Shown: positions 17,750 to 28,585, numbered from the stretch's first letter. The stretch: DNA of 64,000 bases from a virus (IMGVR_UViG_3300027896_000017:1-64000); one strand, 5' to 3'. The notes: generated by a model not told the origin, from the letters alone. Translations and numbers: made by a program.

Positions 17750-18673
17750 ATGAATTTTATAAGGAAATTAAAAGAATTACAACAATTGGGAGATATATTG
17801 GCCCATAAAGGACAAATGGGTGGGTTGACTAATTATGAACTTGAATTTTCAACTCAAACCTTAGCCAGCATTATGGTATTACAAACCACTTTTGATGTAT
17901 GGGAAAAATGCGGATCTCGCATATTTCAGTTATCGGATAATTTGGTGGAGGCATTTACCCATACTGACATACCTTTAAAAATGTGTCCAAACGAATTTCA
18001 TTATCCGTTTGATTCATTTATAATAGAAAGCACTAATAGGCCATTATTTGTAACAAAAACCCCTGCAGGTGAAAGGCCTATTTATGCAGTTCTATATAGT
18101 TATGATAGAAAACTAATGGCGGAAAATAATATCATGGCTATAAATCTTAAAGGGGAAATGTCTCAAGATTTGGGTTACGATAGGAGTATGTATGGTTTCT
18201 TTTCGACATCAGATATCGGGATGGAAAGGATTAGATTCAGTATGAATGATGAAATGTCATTTGAAGAAATGGAAAAACAATTAAATCAAATGATTATCGA
18301 ATCTATTGCCGACCATTCCGATATGACCAATATGGTAAATATATTATACAATACCATAATGTATATCAATGACCCCACAAGAACTGCTGAAGAAACGGAA
18401 ACGACACATACTAGAAAGGTTAAATTCGATAGTGAGGGGCATGTTGGGATTCAAAAGTATATTCTATTAAATACTCCTAAAAAGTATAAATCTTTAAAAG
18501 AATATACTGAAGAAGGGGGCAGGAAAATAGATATACGTTTCCCTGTGCGGGGTCATTGGCGCAATCAGCCTTATGGTGAGGAGCGAAAAGAAAGAAAACA
18601 TGTCTGGATTATGCCTTTCTGGAAAGGACCGGATTTGTCAGAAATAGTAAACAAAACCTATTTAGTGAACTAA
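17750..18673 (+). CDS. hypothetical protein with C-terminal VRGHWR..WKG motif
   Basis: 307 aa; AGGAG RBS. Confidence 0.75.
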   Translation: MNFIRKLKELQQLGDILAHKGQMGGLTNYELEFSTQTLASIMVLQTTFDVWEKCGSRIFQLSDNLVEAFTHTDIPLKMCPNEFHYPFDSFIIESTNRPLFVTKTPAGERPIYAVLYSYDRKLMAENNIMAINLKGEMSQDLGYDRSMYGFFSTSDIGMERIRFSMNDEMSFEEMEKQLNQMIIESIADHSDMTNMVNILYNTIMYINDPTRTAEETETTHTRKVKFDSEGHVGIQKYILLNTPKKYKSLKEYTEEGGRKIDIRFPVRGHWRNQPYGEERKERKHVWIMPFWKGPDLSEIVNKTYLVN

Positions 18674-18740
18674 AACTTAAGGACAATCAATTATATTTAT
18701 TGGTTGTCTTTATATTAACCTTAAAATTGAAGGAGTTAAT

Positions 18741-19118
18741 ATGAAACGACTTATTGATATCTATAATAAATATAAAAACTATTTTACTATTGAATCTCAA
18801 CCTATATTTTCTTCAATATTGTGGAATTTGGATATGATGAAACAATTGTCAAAGATTAAAAAAGTTGCTTTTACGCCTATAAGTCAGAGCGTGTGTGGTG
18901 GTTTAGATCAGTGGGAGTTGATATTAACTCTTGAAAGTGGCGGCTACAATCCTCTTAAAATTTTCTTTGATAAGAAAAGGAATTGGGAAGATGTGTTTCA
19001 TATAGCTAATAGTATTAATAAAGATCTTTTTGGTTATACCAGATTAGAATCGGTTAAAATAATCGCATCTTCTCTTAAAAATACAGATTTTAAACCTTCA
19101 ACGAAAAAGAGAAAATAA
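18741..19118 (+). CDS. hypothetical protein
   Basis: AAGGAG RBS. Confidence 0.7.
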   Translation: MKRLIDIYNKYKNYFTIESQPIFSSILWNLDMMKQLSKIKKVAFTPISQSVCGGLDQWELILTLESGGYNPLKIFFDKKRNWEDVFHIANSINKDLFGYTRLESVKIIASSLKNTDFKPSTKKRK

Positions 19119-19119
19119 A

Positions 19120-19344
19120 ATGTGTATTTGCGATACTGATGAGATCATGACTAAATATATTCGTATGGGAAGGGCACATTTTATCTGTCCAGAATGCAGT
19201 AAAGATGTTACTATAAGAGTATGTCTCATGTATGATGCAATCGAAAATAGAGATACAACATTAAAACAACTTAACAAGGAGATACAAAATGGCAAAAAAA
19301 ATATACAAAAATCCAGAAAGAAAAGTAACAAGAAGGTTAAGTAA
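19120..19344 (+). CDS. small zinc-finger-like protein
   Basis: CIC..CPEC; abuts upstream stop. Confidence 0.5.
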   Translation: MCICDTDEIMTKYIRMGRAHFICPECSKDVTIRVCLMYDAIENRDTTLKQLNKEIQNGKKNIQKSRKKSNKKVK

Positions 19345-19502
19345 TAAACACGGCAAGCATCGCCATGTATCCAAAAATACATTAACGAGAAGTCGTCTTA
19401 AATAATCTGCCAGGAGCCACATTCGATAGGAATGCCTGGGATCCGTGAGGAACTTCATCACTCCCTGTTCTTCACGGATTTTTTATTTTATAGAAAGGTT
19501 AT

Positions 19503-20075
19503 ATGGAACTATCTAAAAATATACTTCAAAATCATATGGATTTAGCTTTAGAGTCTGCAAAGAAAAACTTAATAAAAGATGGAGGCTTAAATCCAGTAGC
19601 TATATTATATGATAATTATAGTATTAAAAAAATAATAAATATGTCAAATGAAATCGATGAGACGGATGGATATGATAAAAAAAGCAAATTTGTTTTTATG
19701 GCTGGTGGGGTTGCTGGTATTATAAATGCTACTATAATTATTTTTGTATTTGATGCGGCGATGAAGGCTATAGAAGATCCTAAATTATATGATTGCACCA
19801 TGTCGCCATTGACCTACCCAAAAAGTATGAGAACCGAATGTATAATTGTTAATGGCGTAGACTTAAAATCTAAACAGGAAAAGACCGTTATAGCTCCCTA
19901 TGTGGGTGGAGGAAAGGATGGACCAGTAAAATTTATATCTTTAAAGGAAGCGTTAGGTTCAGAATCAGAGAGCAACGAATTAACAGAAAGCCAATCAAGA
20001 TTTCCCAGATTAGCTGTAATGGGCTATAAGTCATCTAAAAATATACTATCCAAGGGGGATGAAAATGGGTTGTGA
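19503..20075 (+). CDS. hypothetical protein
   Basis: GAAAGG RBS; 190 aa. Confidence 0.7.
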   Translation: MELSKNILQNHMDLALESAKKNLIKDGGLNPVAILYDNYSIKKIINMSNEIDETDGYDKKSKFVFMAGGVAGIINATIIIFVFDAAMKAIEDPKLYDCTMSPLTYPKSMRTECIIVNGVDLKSKQEKTVIAPYVGGGKDGPVKFISLKEALGSESESNELTESQSRFPRLAVMGYKSSKNILSKGDENGL

Positions 20076-20556
20076 TCTTATTCTTTATTATTTAACATGG
20101 GACAGAGGACGAAAATTAAACTTTAAAAAAGGTTTTGAAATTATAAATAAAATGACTGATGATGAAATAAATACGAATGATGATCTTCCCCCAGATTCAA
20201 ATAAAAAATCTCTTCAAACTTCTTTACAAAATATTAAAGATGCTATAGATGATAAAAGAAGGGATGGTTATTATTGCGAATTTGGTCATCTAAATGTTCT
20301 TATTACTGGTGGTGAATCATATGGAGATCTTCCAACAGATCTTTCTAATGATATAGAAAATATAAGTAACATCAGTGGTCTTACTGAGGCTATTGGCTTT
20401 GATAAAGATAATTATAATTATAAAAATATTTTTATTAAGGCTTTAAATGTAATAAAAATGAATAAAGAGGCAAAAATTCAATTTCAGAAAGTGTTAGGAA
20501 AATATGAATATTTCATACCAGCTATTAATAGATTATTTAAGAAGAAAATTAAATAA
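20059..20556 (+). CDS. hypothetical protein
   Basis: Overlaps upstream ORF end; 165 aa. Confidence 0.65.
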   Translation: MKMGCDLILYYLTWDRGRKLNFKKGFEIINKMTDDEINTNDDLPPDSNKKSLQTSLQNIKDAIDDKRRDGYYCEFGHLNVLITGGESYGDLPTDLSNDIENISNISGLTEAIGFDKDNYNYKNIFIKALNVIKMNKEAKIQFQKVLGKYEYFIPAINRLFKKKIK

Positions 20557-21015
20557 TATGTTATTTAATTCATTTTTATGGAATATCTATTTTGAGAGAT
20601 TTATTATCTCTCGCATAAAAGGGTTTTAATAACCCTAATGACCATTCAGGCTAAGGTCGTAAACCTGAAGAGAAAAGGCCGTGTCATCTGCTCCGACAAG
20701 ATGGCATACTTAGCTCAATAGGCGCATAGTAATATGCGCCTTTTTTTACTTATTACGAAATGGTATATTTAAATTATGAGAATTTTATTAATAGTATTAA
20801 TATTTATGTGTTGCTAGTCAGGTTTAAATAATTATTCATATTTAAATAACTGTGGTAATGTTTATACTTTTGATTTAAATGAAACGAAGAAATTTCTTTT
20901 GTCTATGAATCAATTAATAATTAAAATTGACATCATAAAACAAGGCAATTCAAGAATAGTATATCTTATTTATTATAGATCAAAAGCATCTAATTAATGT
21001 TAATTTTGTTTAATT

Positions 21016-21036
21016 TCTGGTATAACTATAATAGAC
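21016..21036 (+). promoter_or_regulatory. recurrent phage promoter motif TRTGRWATAACWATWnTRGA (one example)
   Basis: Similar copies at ~5090, 8499, 11537, 12660, 16354, 20577, 21439, 24297, 27409, 29101, 56839, 58171, all intergenic and upstream of + strand units. Confidence 0.65.
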
Positions 21037-21738
21037 AGTTGAATCATTAGCATTTCAAGCGATAACTACGTTCTTGGATGTTAATGGGGATTCAGAGGGA
21101 AACTAAAACGAGTTGTGTTAGCAACGCGACAAACCCTCTAAGGAGCTAACACTCCTGAACACACCCGCTACTCCCGGCGAGGACTGTTTAGATGTATCAA
21201 ATTAGTTCGCTAATTTGATGCGTCGAATAAGCCCCGGCTACAAGTGAAGCTAAGTAGTCCTTAGGCCATTTGTAGTTAGGGGCTTTTTAATTAAATCAAT
21301 TTTGCAAAATATGATGGGACGATGTAAACGGCCACGTCGTCCTTTTGTGGCCAGGCGCTATCCTCTAATTGGGTCCAAGGCGCCTGGTCTTTTTTTTTAT
21401 CTTTTTTTTTATTTATTAGTTGTTACTTTAATTATATTTATGAGATAATTATTATAGAGGAATTTATTATCATGGACAATGAAAAGATTCCAGAAAATAC
21501 TTCTAGAAATGAATTAGAGATAATTCATACCATACCTACCGAAGAAATTAAATCCGAATCTATCAGCAATATTATATGTTCTTGTGGTGAATGCTTAATT
21601 GATGGATATTGCCCTGCTGCATAATATAAATATTTTTTTTAAAGGATGTGTATAAATATACTTTTATCCTTATATTTACTTTATTTTTTTTTCTGTAATT
21701 TGATAAAAATAAAATGTCACTTTAATAAGAGGGGTTAT

Positions 21739-21978
21739 ATGTTTAAAATAAAAAATAAGTTTTCATTGTTTATTTTTATTATTTTATTTATCATAATTAT
21801 TTATTGCATTTTTAACGTATTCTTTTGTGGAATAAAAACCATAATAGTACCCAATCACGTTAAGCTTAATGGTAACAAATATATTGTTTTAATAGAAAAA
21901 CCTATATCAAAAAAATACTGGAGCGATCTTTCAGGTGGAGTCGCGATTAAAAAAGTTTATTACTTAGAAAGACGATAA
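21739..21978 (+). CDS. membrane-anchored hypothetical protein
   Basis: GAGGGG RBS before ATG 21739. Confidence 0.5.
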   Translation: MFKIKNKFSLFIFIILFIIIIYCIFNVFFCGIKTIIVPNHVKLNGNKYIVLIEKPISKKYWSDLSGGVAIKKVYYLERR

Positions 21979-22039
21979 TCTATAGTAAAATATAGTGAAT
22001 AATGATATATTGTAAATATAACCAGAAAAAGGAGTTAAT

Positions 22040-22198
22040 ATGACTATAAAAGAACAATATGAAAAAGAAACAGGCAAAAAGGTCTTTATTCAAAAAATAG
22101 AAGGAACTCATTGTGTGCTGTCTGATACTGTTTCCAAAGACTATGTCGAATGGTTGGAAACTAAATTAAATAATATTCAAAAGGAAAAACAATCATGA
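22040..22198 (+). CDS. small hypothetical protein (52 aa)
   Basis: AAGGAG RBS; ATGA overlap with the transglycosylase gene. Confidence 0.5.
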   Translation: MTIKEQYEKETGKKVFIQKIEGTHCVLSDTVSKDYVEWLETKLNNIQKEKQS

Positions 22199-22845
22199 AA
22201 TATCTTTGGGAAATTGCAATAATAATAACTATATTATTTGTTTCTATATTATTAATAAATAAATATCAATACAAATTATATTGCAATAAAGATACAATAG
22301 AACTTCAAAAATATCATATAAAAGATATAGAATATAATAATATAGAAAAAACTATATCTATTTGTTATGATATTTCTAAATATGAAGCTCATTATTATGC
22401 CATTATTTATAAAGATTTTGCTGATAAATATAATATACCATGGGAAGTCTATCCAGCAGTTATACGCATTGAATCAAACTTTAACTCATCGGCAATATCA
22501 TCCAAGGGAGCTAAAGGCATAGCTCAAGTAGTTGAGTCTACAGGAAAAAATATTGCCGATAGTTTAGGGATTGAATTTAATGGTATAACTTTATGGAATA
22601 CTGTTTTATGTCAGATAATAGGATTTACTTACTTATCTGAAATGATTAAACAGTATGGTATGGATAATGGTATTAAGGCTTATGTTGGCGGCCCTTCTAA
22701 AATAAATAGTCAGGCAGCGAATGACTATAAAGGTTCTGTTATGAAAGAGGTTAATATGTTAATTAAAAAGTCAAACCAGATTAATAAAGAAACTAATATA
22801 TTAACTTACGTATATAAGGGAGTGCAAACAGAAAATAAAAAATAG
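22195..22845 (+). CDS. SLT-family lytic transglycosylase with N-terminal membrane anchor
   Basis: IESNFN..AISSKGAKGIAQV, AY.GG. Confidence 0.85.
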   Translation: MKYLWEIAIIITILFVSILLINKYQYKLYCNKDTIELQKYHIKDIEYNNIEKTISICYDISKYEAHYYAIIYKDFADKYNIPWEVYPAVIRIESNFNSSAISSKGAKGIAQVVESTGKNIADSLGIEFNGITLWNTVLCQIIGFTYLSEMIKQYGMDNGIKAYVGGPSKINSQAANDYKGSVMKEVNMLIKKSNQINKETNILTYVYKGVQTENKK

Positions 22846-23087
22846 AAAGTTAAAAATATGACTGAAGTAAGATGCGGAAGGTTTAAATGTTTTCATAATA
22901 AAATTGAAATATGCGATCGAAAAGAAATAATTTTAATATTAAAAGAAATAGATAATCTTATTTTAGGAAAAACTACAATAGTCGATTGTGAAAGTTATTA
23001 TGAGCCTTCTGAAAGGGAAGCGGGCGAATTTCATTAAAATAGTTGCATCACAGCTATTAATATATTATATTATTCAAGGGTGGCCAA

Positions 23088-23453
23088 ATGGATAGTTATA
23101 CTTATATTCCCAACATTCATGTATTATTCGACAGGATTAGCGCTGTTCCACAGGCAATCTCTTACGGTGAGGCTCCGTTTAAGAGCTTCATCGCAAGAGA
23201 GGTTTTTGTAGATGGAAAACCAAAGGGTGAATATCATATTAAATTAAATAACCCTACTAAAATAAATATAGCTATGGCTATCCATTTTTTTTCAGATTCA
23301 TTAAGGCATTGCGAAATAAAAGAAATAGATCCTACTGGAACTCTTAATCTTGAATATCATATTTATATTATTACAAAAGATGAAATGAATATATTATCAA
23401 TGATGGGCATTCTCGAAAATTTAAGTAACACTGCTTTTCAATCATTAAAATAA
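23088..23453 (+). CDS. hypothetical protein
   Basis: 121 aa ORF with purine-rich RBS. Confidence 0.6.
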   Translation: MDSYTYIPNIHVLFDRISAVPQAISYGEAPFKSFIAREVFVDGKPKGEYHIKLNNPTKINIAMAIHFFSDSLRHCEIKEIDPTGTLNLEYHIYIITKDEMNILSMMGILENLSNTAFQSLK

Positions 23454-23467
23454 AAGAAAGGTAATAC

Positions 23468-24271
23468 ATGGATTCTGAAAATGTAAAAATAGTTGGTAAA
23501 GGCGAAGTAAAAGAATCTGACGACGCCAAAGATTGTTATGAAGAAGGTCTTCAATTACCGCCATTGCCTGATAATTCGGTAGAATATACGCCAGTTAAAT
23601 CTGAAGAAATTAAAGATAATACTATTGAATTGGCCAGCCCAACAATTCAAACTTTTTCAGTAAGTGATGTTGATGATCCTACCAATCTGGGGGACATATC
23701 TGAAGCTATAATAGAAGAAAAACCAAAAGAATTTGTGCCGAATATTCAAGATGCCAGAATTGATTCTGAAAATGAAGGTGGCGCTCAAGCTGCTCGTATT
23801 TCCGGACCTACAGGATTGGAGGCTAAAGCGGTAAAATTAGATGAAGCTATACAGCTATTGGGTGGGAAAAAAAGCAATTTTAACCCTGGCACAATACAAA
23901 ACGCTCTTGAGGATCAGAAAATAGAAGGTGGAGTTATATCTAATAGATCTACCGGACCAATGACTAATGATGGGGATGCCTCTAAAGAGGGCTTTCAAAT
24001 AAAAGAAATAAAGCCAGAAGAAGTTAAAAATAAATTCAGAGTATATGGTTTTACTGTTCAGTTTAAAGAAAATGATTTAACTGTTACACAAAATATTTCC
24101 GATTATTTTGATGATATTGAGGATGCGTTCACTTCGGTTAATAGGACAAAATATTTAATGACTATAGATGGTGGATATAGAGCTGCTAATATCATTTCCG
24201 GAATTCCAGAGATTTCACATTTGGATCAAAGGCTATATAAACATATAAATGGTTCATGGAGAAAGATGTAA
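23468..24271 (+). CDS. acidic hypothetical protein
   Basis: GAAAGG RBS; 267 aa. Confidence 0.7.
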   Translation: MDSENVKIVGKGEVKESDDAKDCYEEGLQLPPLPDNSVEYTPVKSEEIKDNTIELASPTIQTFSVSDVDDPTNLGDISEAIIEEKPKEFVPNIQDARIDSENEGGAQAARISGPTGLEAKAVKLDEAIQLLGGKKSNFNPGTIQNALEDQKIEGGVISNRSTGPMTNDGDASKEGFQIKEIKPEEVKNKFRVYGFTVQFKENDLTVTQNISDYFDDIEDAFTSVNRTKYLMTIDGGYRAANIISGIPEISHLDQRLYKHINGSWRKM

Positions 24272-24387
24272 ATCTCTATGTTATCGTTTTCACATTCGTG
24301 ATATAACAATGATGTACAAATATTATAATTTTTTAAGGCGATTATCAATAAAATAATCGCCTTAATTTTAATATAATAAAAAAATAA

Positions 24388-24749
24388 GCCAGCGTGGTGG
24401 AATTGGTAGACACATATGACTTGTTATGTTTGTTACAAAACGAGCCAAATTAGCGAAAGCTAATTATGAGAATCTTGAGAATTGCTGGAATAACCTTAGA
24501 GTTCCCATAACTACAACATGGTTGGAAACAACGAGTGTGAAAGTTATAAAATTATGGGAAATTGGTCAATCAGCATCCGAGCCTCTAAATAATTAAATTA
24601 TATGAGGAAGGTTCAGAGACTAAGCACAAGACACCCGATATGGGTGATGATATAGTCCAGACCATAACCATAATGGGCTTACGAAAGTAAGTGTGGTAAG
24701 AAAATCATATGATCTTATGATCGTATCGGTTCGACTCCGATCGCTGGCA
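24388..24749 (+). tRNA. trnL: tRNA-Leu(UAA) split by a group I intron
   Basis: Exon 1 24388-24422 and exon 2 24701-24749 join to GCCAGCG..TATGA CTTAAAA TCATA..GGTTCGACTCC..CGCTGGC-A; long variable arm; no encoded CCA. Confidence 0.9.
24423..24700 (+). ncRNA. group I self-splicing intron (no ORF)
   Basis: 5' exon ends in U; intron ends in G; P AATTGCTGGAA, Q AATCAGCA, R GTTCAGAGACTA, S GATATAGTCC. Confidence 0.9.
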
Positions 24750-24775
24750 GAAAATAATTTAAAGGAAGGGAATAT

Positions 24776-25276
24776 ATGAGTCTTGAACACGCTTCTGGTT
24801 TTAAATTATTATCAAATTATTTACAACATTATTTTGGTGTTATATTGCATAAAATATATGTAATGTATTATCTAATATTTTTTTGTTGTAAATTAATGTG
24901 GCGCGGCACCGTCCACGATTTAAGTAAATTTTCTATATCTGAATCGAAATGGTTTGGTAGAGTAATTCATCATTTATCAGGTTCGCATTATGGCAGCGAC
25001 GATTATAAAGAAACTTTAAATTCTATTAAACCAGCCATAGAACATCATTATCAAAATAATAGGCACCATCCTGAATATTGGAAATTTAAAGGAATAGCTT
25101 TAGATAATGCCGTTGATATGATGAATTTAATTGATATAGTTGAAATGCTTGCTGATTGGCAAGCAGCGGTTAAAAGACATAAGACTGGAAATATTATAAA
25201 AAGCATTGATATTAATAAATCAAGATTTAATTTATCAGATAAATTGTGTTATATATTTTACAACACAGTAAAATAA
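24776..25276 (+). CDS. HD-like phosphohydrolase-family protein (DUF5662-like)
   Basis: HDLSKFS, HHY..N.HHPEYW, EMLADW. Confidence 0.7.
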   Translation: MSLEHASGFKLLSNYLQHYFGVILHKIYVMYYLIFFCCKLMWRGTVHDLSKFSISESKWFGRVIHHLSGSHYGSDDYKETLNSIKPAIEHHYQNNRHHPEYWKFKGIALDNAVDMMNLIDIVEMLADWQAAVKRHKTGNIIKSIDINKSRFNLSDKLCYIFYNTVK

Positions 25277-25363
25277 AAGGAACTATACACAATTGAATAG
25301 CACCATCATATAATTAATTACATTCAGCCATGATGGCTATATTACTCCACAAGGTAGATAGTA

Positions 25364-25600
25364 ATGTTTCATTATTACGACGATTTATTAAAAATTAAAA
25401 AAAAGAAACGAAAGCGAGGAAGAAAAGAAAGCTTTAGATATGGAAATACTGTATATTGGAACAGCCCTCTTGATTTAATTATGGATGGGTTTGTTCTAAA
25501 AGCTAACAGAAAAGAAGTAATAGTTGTTTCCCGTGGAGGTATAAGGAGAACCTTGTCACGCAGCATTATAAGCAAAAATAAAAACCATATTCCAAACTAA
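25364..25600 (+). CDS. basic hypothetical protein
   Basis: AAGGT RBS. Confidence 0.5.
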   Translation: MFHYYDDLLKIKKKKRKRGRKESFRYGNTVYWNSPLDLIMDGFVLKANRKEVIVVSRGGIRRTLSRSIISKNKNHIPN

Positions 25601-25651
25601 CCCGCCTCTGTTAAGGTTCAGGGCAATCACGTTAATGCAAAGGATAATTTC

Positions 25652-25948
25652 ATGAACACGAGTAAATTGTATGTTGGAAATCTGCCGTTTTCAGTTGCTG
25701 ATCAAGAGCTGAAAGAACTCTTTGAGGCTATTGGTCCTGTTACAGAAGCAAAAGTAATTACCGATCGTGACACCGGACGCAGCAAAGGGTTTGCATTCGT
25801 GACAATGGACACCAAGGAAAACGCCCAGAAAGCTTCAGATGCCCTGAATGAAACAGAAATGGGCGGAAGGGTCATTGTGGTGAATGAGGCCAAAGAAAAG
25901 GAAAAGAAGACCTACACCAATGGTCCCAAAAGAGAATATCGCAGGTAG
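25652..25948 (+). CDS. single-RRM RNA-binding protein
   Basis: RNP2 LYVGNL; RNP1 KGFAFVTM; DRDTGRS. Confidence 0.92.
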   Translation: MNTSKLYVGNLPFSVADQELKELFEAIGPVTEAKVITDRDTGRSKGFAFVTMDTKENAQKASDALNETEMGGRVIVVNEAKEKEKKTYTNGPKREYRR

Positions 25949-26306
25949 TTTTTACATTTTTAAGAAAAAAAGGAGGGAGTAAAATCCCTCTTTTTTTTAG
26001 TTGTTAATAAGGATAAATTATAGTATGATATTCTTTTAACATAATTATTTACTTTTATTGAAAAATAATGTATATTATATTTATAATTACGACGATGATT
26101 TCATCCAAAGGTTTTGGATAAATTATCATTTGTGAAGTAGTTATGGTTTTGAGCATAAGATAATTGTGCTTAAAATGTAGGTTGTATAACATCCTACACT
26201 TAGGAGCAGCAGTCTATAGTCCCTAAGTCTTTAACTGGAATAGCTTTCTATATTTTCAGTAACTATATTTAAATAATAACACTTAACTTAAACAAAGGGG
26301 ATTTGT

Positions 26307-26561
26307 ATGAGTAATAGTATAATTAACAATATCAAAACCTCGGTAAAATGGTTGATTTTAAAAGAAGGAAATAAAATATCTATATCGAAAGCCTCTACCT
26401 GGCTGGCCGGCGCGTGCGGAACTATAATTGGATTTCAAAATATTCTGGTTTCATATCACATACCAATGACTCATCATGCACTTCTTATTTTTAAGGCTGC
26501 TGGAATTGTGTCTGCTGTTATAGCTTTAATTAGAACCAGGCATTCTCAAATTTCAATATAA
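26307..26561 (+). CDS. putative holin-like membrane protein
   Basis: Two hydrophobic segments; first gene of a membrane-protein trio. Confidence 0.45.
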   Translation: MSNSIINNIKTSVKWLILKEGNKISISKASTWLAGACGTIIGFQNILVSYHIPMTHHALLIFKAAGIVSAVIALIRTRHSQISI

Positions 26562-26562
26562 C

Positions 26563-26922
26563 ATGGAAACATTTATACTTAATATCATTCTGACTTTTAT
26601 TTTAATATCAGCATTATTAATGATAATATTCCGTAATACTTATTTTGTTAAAGTAATATGGAAATATTCATTAATATTAATACCTGTATTTTTTTTAGTT
26701 ATTACTCGATTAATTAATAAAAAACCAAACGATAATATAAAAAAAGATGATACAACTATAGCTGGGATTAAAGATAAATTAAATGAAGCCAATATGATTT
26801 CAGCTATAGAGGTGTCTGCCGCGAGAGAAGACAATAAAGTAAGATTAGACGAATTGAAACGAATTTCTTCTATAAAAGATGATCAGGAACGGAGAAAATC
26901 GCTTTCTAATCTAATGGGATAA
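26563..26922 (+). CDS. membrane protein with C-terminal coiled coil (spanin-like)
   Basis: N-terminal TMs; charged helical tail. Confidence 0.45.
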   Translation: METFILNIILTFILISALLMIIFRNTYFVKVIWKYSLILIPVFFLVITRLINKKPNDNIKKDDTTIAGIKDKLNEANMISAIEVSAAREDNKVRLDELKRISSIKDDQERRKSLSNLMG

Positions 26923-26924
26923 AT

Positions 26925-27389
26925 ATGAAGTTTTTCATTTTTTTATTACTACTTGTTTATACCTCATGTTCTCAAAATCTTTCATTCATGCCTAAACCAT
27001 TTAATTTTGACAGCACTGTCCGTTTGCCAAAAGATCAATCTGAAGTAATAGATTCGTCTTTACCATATTTTAAACAATTTCCTATCGATTCAGGTAAAAT
27101 GTGTTTAAAAAATGGCATTTTAATAAGTGATAAAACTGCGGCGGAATATGTGTATTATAAATCATGCTATATTAGGCAAAATAAAGAACTAAATATAGCT
27201 AAATATTTATTGAACGAATATTACAATCAATCGTTGGCTGCTGAACAAATTTATAAAAATCAGATAGAAATATTAGAAAAAGAAAATAAAAGAAATTGGT
27301 TTGAAAAATATGGTTCCTATATTGGATTTATTATTGGAACAGCCGCCGCGATATTAACTGAAAAATACGTTTTTCAGGCTTCTAAATAA
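26925..27389 (+). CDS. putative lipoprotein with C-terminal TM (spanin-like)
   Basis: LLLVYTSC signal; C-terminal GFIIGTAAAIL. Confidence 0.5.
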   Translation: MKFFIFLLLLVYTSCSQNLSFMPKPFNFDSTVRLPKDQSEVIDSSLPYFKQFPIDSGKMCLKNGILISDKTAAEYVYYKSCYIRQNKELNIAKYLLNEYYNQSLAAEQIYKNQIEILEKENKRNWFEKYGSYIGFIIGTAAAILTEKYVFQASK

Positions 27390-27641
27390 TTGTTATATTT
27401 ATTATGTTTGTGAAATAACAATATTGAAGATTTAATTTATAATGCACGGTGCGTCTAATGCTTCTCGTTGGAGGCAAATCGTTGGGCGACTTAAGCACCA
27501 ACGCTTCTATAGAAGGCTTGAGTGTCTGGCGGTCTTGTTGACGCATCGTGCAATATAGATTTAATTTAAAAATTTTGTTCCTCGGCTAAAAGGGTCTTGC
27601 GTTTTAATATGCAAGGCCCTTTTGTTTGATAAAGGAGATAT

Positions 27642-27896
27642 ATGGGAGATGTAGAAAATAAAATATTTAATGAATTGGAGGAAAAATTTCCTCACTGCTT
27701 ATTTACGCAAAGAGGAAAAACTATTATTTTGAATGATGGTGGATTTCATAACGAAATTCCTATTTTTAATATGACCAAATTGAAAGGAGAGTACGACATT
27801 GGTATACATAAAGAATTAATAGAATTTTTGAATCAAAATGGATTTGTAGCAATATATAAAAATAATAAACTTTATATTTCTAACCAGGAGGAATGA
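27642..27896 (+). CDS. hypothetical protein
   Basis: AAGGAG RBS. Confidence 0.6.
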   Translation: MGDVENKIFNELEEKFPHCLFTQRGKTIILNDGGFHNEIPIFNMTKLKGEYDIGIHKELIEFLNQNGFVAIYKNNKLYISNQEE

Positions 27897-27977
27897 GTAG
27901 GCAAATCTACAATCAAAAAAAAGATCTATAATTTCTTATTATAATCTAATAAAAAAATCTAATCTAAGGAGAAAATA

Positions 27978-28553
27978 ATGAATTTAAAAGAAAGTGTTTT
28001 AGAGGTTCTTAAAAAAGATGATAAACAAACCTCCCATGAATTGGCCAACAAATGCAAAGTGCCTATTGAAGCAATACATACATGTATATATTTATTAAGA
28101 AAAGCCGGGCACAATATACAGAGTAAAGATAGGAAATATTTTATGGATATTCAAGAAAATATTTCAAAACAAACTGGAGATATAGCTAAGCGCTCTTCAT
28201 TTGAGGTTCTTGAAAAACTAAAAGAAGGTCCATTAAGTAAAGAGGAGTTAATGTCAAAATTGGGGATGTCTTCTCAATCTGTGATAAATTTTATCCATAC
28301 TCTGAGAAATAGATATGACGAAAACATCAAATTACATTGGAGAGATCGGAAATATTACTTGAATTCTCAAACAAAGGAGTCGGACAAAATCAACAATAAT
28401 GTGTCTAGTTTTAAAGAAGGAATACCTGGGATTCCAAGTCAGGATATAATAAAAGAAATGTCAGCTATACTACAAGAAGAATTGAAACATCTTCATGCAA
28501 TTAATGCCATGATTGATGCTTACAAAAATGTAAAAGGTCAATTTGCATTGTAA
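27978..28553 (+). CDS. tandem winged-HTH DNA-binding protein
   Basis: Two similar ELA/ELM..I..LR..I wHTH segments. Confidence 0.7.
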   Translation: MNLKESVLEVLKKDDKQTSHELANKCKVPIEAIHTCIYLLRKAGHNIQSKDRKYFMDIQENISKQTGDIAKRSSFEVLEKLKEGPLSKEELMSKLGMSSQSVINFIHTLRNRYDENIKLHWRDRKYYLNSQTKESDKINNNVSSFKEGIPGIPSQDIIKEMSAILQEELKHLHAINAMIDAYKNVKGQFAL

Positions 28554-28585
28554 TTAAACTTTAACCGTATTAATGAAAGGGTTAT

